DNA from: Fimbriosthenelais zetlandica
Lineage: Eukaryota
Length of the DNA: 64,000 bases
Assembly: GCA_977030845.1 (NCBI GenBank)
Contig: OZ365115.1
Coordinates: 6,572,001 to 6,636,000 of the forward strand
Direction of reading: 5' to 3'
The position numbers were made by a program, and so were the translations under genes. The notes beneath the pieces are model-generated. The model searched no databases. It saw only the letters and a program-made list of their open reading frames with translations, and was not told the DNA's origin. Shown piece by piece: positions 1-31,218 of the stretch; position 1 is the stretch's first letter, and the number at the start of each line of letters is the position of its first letter.

Positions 1-21103
<21,103 letters not shown>

Positions 21104-21542
21104 GGTGATATTTTACGGACAACCTGTTTTGAACTTGCACATGATCGAAGTATTTTATGCAATTAGTTATGCAATGGGTAAAACATAAGGCCGTTTATGG
21201 CACTATTGAAAAAGTGCTTTCTATTTTCTTGTTGGAATATTAATGTAGGCCTAAATGTCTTACTCAAGATCTATTTGTGGATAGGGTGTCAGATCGTTTT
21301 AATCATTTATACAAATACACTCAAAAGTTATTACGACTCACGGAAAGAAAATAGTTTACATTGAAGAGTCTCCGAGTCTTTTATTATGCGGCGGTAAACT
21401 CAGTTAAGTTTACATCCATCAACAAATGTTTTCTTATGCGTAAGTTCTTGAGTAGATATTCATGTATGTATACCAAAGTTTCATTCACTGCTAAATATAA
21501 ACGTACTTGAGTATGCTAAGTATTCTTCATCCTGATCTCTTG

Positions 21543-22648
21543 TCATCTCTCGGCCTTGTAACTTGGCAGTCTATTTTCTATACTTCCCCGATCTGCGAGA
21601 GGCCAAACCTGAAGTGTAGATTATTCAACAGCTTAATTGAGAACAGGGGAATCCTTAAGCCTCTCCGAATAATGTCAATCCCCCATCACAGTTTACAAGT
21701 CATTGAAATGTAACAATGCAAATGTTTTACCTTATAAAATACTCGACTCCGGATGAGACCATATGGTACTGGGCCGTAGGTTCGAGAATCAGTGGAGTTA
21801 TACTCATTATCACCTTCTAACCATACGTGGCCTTTAGGGATCTGTCAGAAAAAAAGAAAGGAAAAATTAGTGAAGACAAAACAAAACCTGTTGGCAGTTG
21901 GATTTTTGAACCCAATATGAATTATTAGATTATATTAATTATGCCGAAGTAAGGTGAATAATATTTAGTATCGTAGCCATAATAGCCCAGGCATTGTGGA
22001 ATATCTAGAAACATTTCTCACGTATTTATAGGAGTAGTTTGGGGAGGGATGGGTTATGGGATCTCCCTCTAGTCCTGTTATTCGCTTGCAAAGGAAGTTC
22101 TCTGGATTCGTGGGCGAGCGGACTATCACAACATCACCTCTGAAATGAAATATTTTTTGTAATATCTATTTTCATTTTAAGATTTTTGATAATTTCAAGG
22201 AATGTGTCATTCTCTCCAGTGTTGCTTACCTGTCCACTTTCCTTTTCTGCACCGAGAAATGCTCAGTTAAGACTACATCATCTGAATATATAGTGGGTTG
22301 CATCGAGGGACCTGAGCACTGAAAATTTAAACAGATGAATATTGATGATTTTACAATAAATTATGCATATTTTAGAATTTAAGACACATTATGAGAGATA
22401 TTTTAGGAGACCTCGGGTATAGCTGTATGGTATAGACTAATAGATGTTGAATGTAAGCTACCTTATCTAGTTTACACCTAAGCAGATCATACCCTAGTAG
22501 TGATTTATGATTATAGTGATTTATTATAGGCTATTGCACTTACCACTACAAAATCTCCAATGAATTCAAGTGTGCAGTGAGCAATACAGCCATACTGAAC
22601 CACGACTGCGCCAAAACCCAAAACCTTTCCTAAAGCTTTTCGAAACAT
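21543..22648 (-). CDS. IMMP1L: Mitochondrial inner membrane protease subunit 1 (IMP1), 162 aa, 5 coding exons
   Basis: Exons 22648-22544, 22318-22230, 22139-22022, 21841-21731 and 21608-21543 have canonical GT-AG junctions and total 489 nt. Protein: [55 protein letters not shown]...[27 protein letters not shown]...[41 protein letters not shown]... The S26 Ser-Lys dyad (GPSM, CKR) is intact. AATAAA on the minus strand at ~21380-21385. Absent from the ORF track. Confidence 0.97.
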
Positions 22649-23037
22649 CTTCTGAAAATTACAGGAGGTACGGTATCACATTTCGACCAATTAAACAGTT
22701 AACAAGTAGACCGTATATTATAGAGCGTTTAGTTCATGATCATCAGAGGGTTCATAAACAAGAGAATTATATTAAAGGGATGTTAAGCACTATGCTTTAA
22801 GTAATTTCCCTGTAGATTTTCTATAGTAATCCGTGTAATACGATTAGCCCCATAGCCTAAGCCATAGTCATACTGCCCATAGAAATAGCATTGTTATCAT
22901 TGAACGCTTCCAACAAACTTGTCATTATTTGCAATTTACACCCATATGTGCAACTGACAACCAAACAAGATCGTGGCGAACATACAACTGAACTAATAAG
23001 TCCAAAAAATGCCCCTTTCATACACGTTAACACTCAC

Positions 23038-23100
23038 GAGCGTAGAAATAAGAAAATCTGTTAGCCTCAAATCGCCCTTAGCGCTCCCTTGGCCGCCATG
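23038..23100 (-). other. IMMP1L: Putative non-coding first exon of IMMP1L
   Basis: Minus-strand donor GTGAGT at 23037-23032 and acceptor TTTCAG before 22651. A YY1-like ATGGCGGC lies at 23099-23092. The TSS is approximate. Confidence 0.55.
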
Positions 23101-23270
23101 ACAGTTTCCCAGGGTTCAAGGTCGCGGGTTCAAGGCCAATCAGAGATAGGGTTACATGCCACATGGCCAAACCCCCACACGGCCACGTTGACAAGATCCT
23201 ATTGGTTGATGCTGGGCACGTGACGCTATTCTCGCACTCTCATTGGTCGAGCAGCCGGCGAAGGTACTCT
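23090..23270. promoter_or_regulatory. Bidirectional promoter between IMMP1L (-) and calumenin (+)
   Basis: GC-rich island with CCAAT boxes at 23136 (+), 23201 (-) and 23242 (-), E-box CACGTG at 23217-23222, CCACGT at 23183 and a YY1-like motif at ~23092. Flanked by divergent non-coding first exons (donors at 23037 minus and 23299 plus). Confidence 0.7.
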
Positions 23271-23298
23271 TGGAGCGACCGATCGTCAGCATACATAG
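23260..23298 (+). other. CALU: Putative non-coding first exon of calumenin
   Basis: Strong donor AG|GTGAGT at 23298/23299; the next acceptor CTGCAG precedes the ATG at 24431. The start is approximate. Confidence 0.55.
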
Positions 23299-24430
23299 GT
23301 GAGTAGTGAGAGATTCTGTTCAATGTCTAAACAATACAGCCTTTGTGTTCACTCGATTGTTGTACCTACCGTGCCCAGGTGTTATTTTGTGACTAACGAG
23401 TTGATCGAGACAGAGATTTAAGGTAATATCATTGGTTTCATATCTTTGATTTGCTTGGATGTGCAGTGATTGGGTACAGTTCCACTGCCAGCTTCTCGCG
23501 GTTGCAGTTTGGTTGCAGGGGTAAGCCCCCTCATCCCACTCAGCCTCTGACTCTTCAGATATTTCCGCTTGCTTACCTTCTCATTTCTGAAGCTTAATGA
23601 ATTTGGTACCCTGGTAATATAGTAAGAATGCATGCGGTTAACTTGGACGACAGATTCTTTTACTGTTTGAAACTGTCCCCCAGATCTTTACATTTATTTT
23701 CTTATTCTCAACACTGACACTGTCTGTCTGGCTCTGACCTTAGAAAAAGAAGTGCCAAACATTTTCACCGCCCCCGGCCTCCCTTGGTACTTGCTATAGG
23801 TGGTAACGTCAGCATCATACTCCCCTGTGTCGACGTGTCACTGTTTTTGTTATTCGCCAAACGTGTATAATTCATTCCCTTTCATTAATGCATTTGTGAT
23901 ATCTAGGGATCTCTTTCCATATTCGTAATCTATTGTGCAATCATGCATAGCTGCATATTGAATGGTTGATTGCTTCTAAAGTTATCCCTAGATCTACCCA
24001 GTTCAACTTCAAGGTCCCTATTGTCTGATAAATTCTTAATTGAAAAGCTTTTCTGTAGTAAATGGGTGGTATAGGCCTCTAGGCTACGGTATCTATAATG
24101 GTTGAAATAAAATGGGCCTAAGGAATATTATCTAGGCTACTCAAGTACAGCCAAAAGTTTTTATTTAAAATAACCAAATAAAGTAAAAAAAAAAATGTGT
24201 AAAAATGACAATATTTCATTTATAAAAAAAAGTTGAGATTATTTCAATGCGCTACGAATAGACCTACACTCTAGCACCAAAATCAAAAGATCAGAAATGT
24301 GAAAAAACAAGTGCGTTTGTAACATAGAAACTAAGTATTGACATTATTGTTTGACATAAAAATTTCATGTTATTTCCTGCATGCCCTGTGTCCATGGATT
24401 ATCAACAGAAAGTTAATTTTGATCCTGCAG

Positions 24431-27400
24431 ATGTTCCAGCACAGATCAATCATGAAGGTGTACGTGATGGCAGTGGTGCTAGGCCTGGCAGCCACCTCCC
24501 TCTCCGTGGCCATCCCTAAACCTGGCGAGGCTGACGACCAGAAAAACAGAGTCGTTGACAGGGTAGGTAACTCTGTGTATTCATATAGCCTACATTTATA
24601 TGGAATTTGAAAAGCGGTAATTGTAATAGAAAGGGAATGGGAAAACAAGGAAGATAAATGGACAAAAAATAGGCCTAATCACGAACAAGGATTGAATTTA
24701 GTATAAGATTTAATAATTTTTATTCCTTTGCAGGAACTTAGTGATCAGAAACATTATGATGATTTAGAGCATAACCCCGAGTACGATCATGAGGCCTTCC
24801 TGGGTCGTGAAGAGGCCAGAAGATTCGAGGATCTTAGCCCTGAACAAAGTAAAGATAAACTAGGGTAAGAAGAGTTAATCTCGGTCTCTTATTTTTGTTT
24901 TTTAATTAAAATTAAATTTATATAATCAATATAATGCCTTTGATTTATGTCCGAGGAGAAATTGATTAAGAGTAGCGCATTATCACGTAAAATGTAATTA
25001 TAAAATTGATCAGTAAACTTTGTGTTCTCACTGTGACGTATTTCATGATCTTTCAGAATTATATATGATAAAATCGACAATGACAAAGATGGAGGAGTCA
25101 CACAGGACGAATTACAAAATTGGATAAAATATGTACAAAATAAATACATTCACGAAGATACAGAGAGACAGTGGAAGGAACATACGGTAGATGATGGCAA
25201 ATTAGCATGGGATTCCTACAAGTCACGAACGTACGGAAATATAGATGGTGAGTGCGTGATTTTAAAAAGAATGCGGGAAAAATTAATTCTAGACACCAAT
25301 TTTGGTTAGGTCACAAACTCTTATTTGACTACTTATTGATTTGTGAGGGATTTTTATTTGACCTAATGTCTTCAAATAGAAAAATATAAACGAGAGTATA
25401 ATAATATAAATGTATTTTAGTATGTTATCTAAGATTGAGAAAGGCACAGAATAACGAGATATATTAAGTATCTATAGAGATGGCCAGAATAATTAATTGT
25501 ATTAATATTTTGTGTTACAGAGACAGGCGATGAGGACGAGTATAATTATAAAGACATGATCAGACGTGATAAGCGGCGGTGGGAGAAGGCGGACAGTGAC
25601 GGTGATGATAAATTGACACAGGAGGAGTTTGCTCTCTTCCTTCATCCTGAAGAGTCGGAGAGCATGAGGGACATCGTCGTCGAGGTGAGAACATTATCCT
25701 GATCAAATTTATCAGTATTTATTTTGTAGTTGTTAAATATATTTATATTGCTAAAATATTTTGTATTCAATTGAAATATTTTGTATATATTAGAAGTTAT
25801 AACTGTTAAATATTATTTCCACAGGAAACGCTTGAGGATATTGACAAAGATAAAGATGGAGTAATCAGCTTGGAAGAATACATAGGTAAGTCTGCTATGA
25901 CTGTTCAAATTAGGAATTGCCGGCAAATATAATACAATATATAGTGTTTGTTTTAAAAACAAAACTGCGTAGTATTAAATAATGAAATGTCTTCGCTGCA
26001 GATGAAGTGGCTGGTAGTATTCTATATATGCTAACAATTTTTAAAAGTTCAAGTATTTCAAATTGTTCGTTCTTATTCCAATTTCAGCCTTTTACGTCTA
26101 CCTAACATTTTACTAATTAGTTCGATCTGATTTGTTGATTAATTGAATTATCTTGGGAATTGTCTCCAAATGGCATTAAAACATGATTTCGTCACAACAT
26201 GTCTCTACTAAATCCAACAGCAGTTAGTAAAGTGTGGAAATATACACTTAAACTTCTTAATAATCAATGAACTGTTTTATCAAATAATCTAGTTAAGATA
26301 TTGTCCTATTCTCTGATACTTTTGGATAACATTAATAGTCCTTTCCCAGGTTAGTCTATAATGAGAAAAAATAAGGGTAGATGTAGTAAGTATAAATGAA
26401 CTTTCATTTGGTTATCAAGGGGTACCTGCTTTTTGCATTGCCACTTTCCGTGTACCAGAATTTTGTATAAATATCTCTCCGCTCGTTGCTGCCCATTAAG
26501 GTGACATGTACCCAGGAGCAGATGAAGATGAAGAAGAGGAACAACCAGACTGGGTACACACAGAACGCGACCAGTTCATGACCGTCCGCGACAAGGACGG
26601 CGACGGCTTCCTAGATCACAAAGAGATAGCCGAGTGGATTATACCTGATGATTATGATCATGTTCACGCTGAGAGTGAACATCTCTTTAATGAAGCTGAT
26701 GTTGATAAGGTCTGTTTAGCTCGTTTACTGTCCTGATCGGGTTGGTGGGGGGTGGGGGATATTGCACAAGGATGGTTGTATGGCAAGGCTATAGGCTGAC
26801 TCAACATTGCAGAGCTTTCCTTCCCTTTTCAGAACTCCTGGATTACCCCCGCTCTCTTTTTTTCTGATTGCTTTGGGACTTTTCTTTTCCAGAGAAATGG
26901 AAGAACTTAGTTGTCTTGTCTAATGTCTATCTACCTTACGTTATTTTCCTTAGCTGGATTTAGTTGTGTTCATTGACACCTATAATTTAAGTTTCCCAAG
27001 TCTTTGTTGGCCTTGTTACTATCAAGTTCAGCAATGGCACTATTTTGTGTGGAGTTCTGTATAACCACTTGACGTATAGTAGTACATGTACAGATTTTTC
27101 TCCAATCCACTAATCATGTATTGCACCAAAAGTGAGCGACCAACAATCCTTCTTCCGATTTTAGCTCTCCTAGCCAGAGCTATCGGTCAGAACATGATTC
27201 TCTATTTTCATAATTCCTCTAGACATTGCCTCAGTATCTCAGGCCTGTCACCCAGGTCTCAAGTTCCAGATGTCAATTAACACAACTAAAATAAGACAAG
27301 GAAAACCTCCAAAATAAAACCATTCCTGAAATATTCAGCTGTCTGAGGATGGAGTCTGCCGGCTGACGAATCCTCCCTCAATCACCCAGTCTGAAACGGA

Positions 27401-28730
27401 GGGCACTGACCAGGCAAACGATCGAGGCCACCCACCCTGAGTCTATCTAGAATGACTTATCCACCCTTTGTGTTTGTGCTAGGTGATATGTGGCCAAACA
27501 GGGACACAGAGGACAATGAGCCTGACTGGGTGAAAACAGAACGCGACCAGTTCTCAACCTTCCGTGACAAAAACAAGGACGGTAAAATGGACCGTGAAGA
27601 GGTGGCTGACTGGATCTTACCGTCCGACTATGATCATTCAGAAGCCGAGGCTCGCCATCTTATGCTAGAATCAGATGTGGATAGGGTAGGTACCCAGGGA
27701 CAGCTGGAACCTGTATAGAAGCAGGAGAAAGTTGAGTTAACTGGGTATGGATTAACAACTTACACAAAACCCAACTAAAGACTGGATGTCCAGAATGTGG
27801 CTTCTTGCCAGAGTAGATCCTGATAACATGTGGTTATGTTATTCAGCATGCTTGTGTATTATATGTTTGGCTTGTAGATGATGCACGGTTTAGATTTGGT
27901 TTGTTACTATAGGGAATCTGCACCTACTCACTCTGCATAATTATCTCAGTATAAGTGTCCCTCCCATTCCACAATTTACACAAGTACTAATACATTGTGC
28001 TTCACATATGATATGCTAATGATATATATCTGTGACTTGTATCTATTTTAAAATCAACCATCCAACCATACTCCCTGGTTGGCGACTAGCCCAAGTTCAT
28101 CTATTAATTTCTCCTCTTATCCTCACTCATATCTCATCAGTTTTTATGTTCTTGTACAGGCTTCCAACATGGCATGGCGGCTGACTGATCTAATGGCTTT
28201 TAGGCTCCAGTGGATCCGATCTGTGCTCTTTATTTCTGCCTTTGATTGCTTGTAGATTATCACTGCTAACTCATATCACTGCATCTAATGTTGAGTCGAT
28301 GTATATAGCTCACATCTGCCATACAACTGGTTCTTGGGGACAATATATCTTTCTTTTTATATCAGTCGCCTTATATATGCTATGCGACACTTTTTATTTC
28401 TTGATATTTTAGAAATGATAATTTTTATATTAAATGGTTTGATGGATCTTCTGCTGTAAAGGCTCGGTACTTGCTAAAATCTTAAATAGTAACTGGTATG
28501 AAACATACTGAAGCATTTAGATGCTTGTGAACATAGCTTTAATATTTTGGGGATATGTTAAATGCATGGAACCCTTGGTATCATTGTTAATTGAAATTTA
28601 AAGGCCGGTATATTTCTTTTTGCAGGACGGTGTATTAACAAAAGAGGAGGTGGTAGAAAAGTATGATCTTTTTGTCGGTAGTCAAGCGACAGACTTTGGT
28701 GAGGCCCTTTCACGGCATGACGAGTTCTAA
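24431..28730 (+). CDS. CALU: Calumenin/reticulocalbin (CREC family) multi-EF-hand ER protein
   Basis: Exons 24431-24562 (signal peptide [20 protein letters not shown]), 24734-24864 (YDHEAFLG), 25057-25247, 25521-25684, 25825-25885, then 26501-26709 or 27483-27685, then 28626-28730. It ends [21 protein letters not shown], the calumenin-type HDEF retention signal. First AATAAA I found downstream is at 30748-30753. Confidence 0.96.
26501..26709 (+). CDS. CALU: Calumenin alternative exon 7a ([42 protein letters not shown]...ADVDK)
   Basis: Acceptor TTAAG|GT and donor AAG|GTCTGT; 209 nt; phase 1 in, phase 0 out; homologous to exon 7b. Confidence 0.85.
27483..27685 (+). CDS. CALU: Calumenin alternative exon 7b ([40 protein letters not shown]...SDVDR)
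   Basis: Acceptor GCTAG|GT and donor AGG|GTAGGT; 203 nt; same phases as 7a; closer to vertebrate calumenin as I recall it ([21 protein letters not shown]). Confidence 0.9.
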
Positions 28731-31218
28731 ATACTTGACGTCAACTATACAAATCGACCTAAACCGAGAGAGTGCATCTATCTGACCTGAGATGGAAGGT
28801 TCAATCTCCACCCGCCAACACTGCCAAAGTCATAGGTCATTGAGAGGTCATAGGATCGTAAAATTCAGGAGATCAAGAAGTGGAGCCAGCAAGAGAGAAC
28901 TAGCCGAGTTCATAATGATGTAGAAGCATTGAGTGACATTGATAACTTGCTGAGATACATTAGGTTATTGTTAGGTGCCTTCAGCAAAGATTTTAATTTG
29001 ATAATGCCATGGTTCATACAGTCTGTACCTGATAAACTGATCTCACATTGCATAGTAAAATGTAATGTAATGTGGGATCAAATTATTCTGAACAGACTAT
29101 AGTCATCCCGAGTCTTGGTGGTGAGTGTAACAAGCTTTCTCATTGTGAAGATTTTGTACGAGTATTTCCACCACTGAGCTCATTTGTACATATACTTGTA
29201 TATGCATTGCGGGTTCCTTATGTAACAACTTAAAAGAAATAACTCGTAACCCATTGTAAGGCGTTTACGGTTATGACATCATTGATATGAAATGTCATAA
29301 CCATCGATGTTGCCGTGAAAATCGTTATATCTGGTCTGAAATTCTTTGGAGAAACTAGAATAGAATTAGGCTCGAGATAATCTTCCTCAGGTTAATTGAA
29401 GTTATTTAGAAGTAGTTTTATATTTGGGCTTTTTTGAAGATTAGAAATGTTCTCGTTTGTTGTATTTTATGAGACGGTTTGACCTTCTGACGGATATTAT
29501 TTAACGGTGTGTGTGATTATACCACTCCTCAGGCGATTAAACTCTAGTGAAACGGTCAGGTACAGGAAGGACGACCAAGAGTGAAAAGTGACAGATTGGT
29601 GCTGCATAAATGGTATTTACTAACGATTGCTGCATTAACGCATAATCTCAACTAACTAAATCGTGCTATTAGTAAAACTAGCTTTGAACTGAGTAAATTG
29701 AATATGTTCACTAACGCTGCCAATATTTTCCAGCAGTTTAAAAATTTGTACTGTTCATACAAGTTTGTTGTCGCTTTTTTTGTGACATTGAAATGTTCAA
29801 GGGAATTTAGAAGTTAATTTTGGCTCTAAGTTCTTTGTTCCGAAGGAGAGATTTTCCCACCTACAGATATTAGATTGACATAATAATACCTTGAATTTTT
29901 TCTCCTTCTTCCAGTTAAAATCTTATTCTAACATGACTAAATTATATTGACATCCTGAGCAGTTGTACCATGTCAAATATCTTCCAATATTTTCCCCGTG
30001 ACATCATTTTAACAATCTTGTATGCCATTGATATAATCTTTCACTTAAGTTATCTTGTTATTTTTTAATATGCTTGTAATCGGACTGCTTTCTTTATTTT
30101 GCATGATATTTATCTATTTTCTAGTGTTGGTTTCTGAATTATTCGATTCTTAATTTGATTCTTATGAACAAACTTGCCACATATGAACACACCTAAGCTT
30201 TTAGCTGTCAATGGAAGTGGTAGATTTCTATATATATGTATCTCTAAGTATTTTTCCTAATAGGACTTAAACTATTTGGTATGCTTGGACCAAATACATG
30301 ACTTTTAATGAGTAGATATAAGCTTTTGAAGAGTTGCTATGTTGGATTTCGCCCTCCTTGTACTAGGTAAATATTGCTTCATGTTTAATCAGGAATCATG
30401 TCTTGCATGAACATATCATTCATTTATATTTCATGATATCATGAACGAACGAAAGATCCCCCACCCCCCACCCACCCACACCGCTGCTCCCTCCCATGTC
30501 CATTTCCTATTCATGTACATTGCTATCAAACGACCCATGTTTGATTGACTTACTTAAAACCAATGATGAGACTTAGATAATGGGAATTTAATAGGATAAG
30601 AGGAATCTCGGTGGACATACCCTTAAATTATGGGAATTTAACTCGTGAAGACCTATATGATGTATTTAGCATTTTTCTAATAACAGTTGTTTTCCTGGTG
30701 TTTCTATTTTTGTACAAATATCATTCATCATGTCATTTCATATGAGCAATAAAATGATCTGTAGAGAAGAAACTTTAAACCTATATATCAGTTGATCAAG
30801 TACTATAGAAAACATATTTTAGGCCAAGACCAGGTACCTTTATTTAGGTAGTATAATGGTTCGTCGGTAGATTTATAGATTTCATAGATTACATGTTGAT
30901 AAATTTATCTATTTTAAGTGCACATAAATTGATGTTTAAAGGGTAACATAAAACAAATGACAATGGTTTTTTTTTTGGTTTTTTTATTGTTTTTTTTTTA
31001 CATTTTCTTTTATTGAGATAGTGAGGAGAGCACAGATGAGAGAACTGGTTAGGATATTTAGAGGGTGAAGAAGGAGGGAGAGTGGAAGGGGAATTTTTAG
31101 GGATAGGCCTATGAAAGGTCTGTTCATCCACATTCCACCCTCCCTCCTTCCCCACCAAAGATTCAGAGGTGAAGAGGAGAAGGGAAGTATATGACTAATT
31201 ATTAATTAAGAAGATTAT

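Noticed and set aside
23136-23246. Canonical ER-stress element (CCAAT-N9-CCACG)
   Set aside because: The spacing does not match on either strand; only the component motifs are present.
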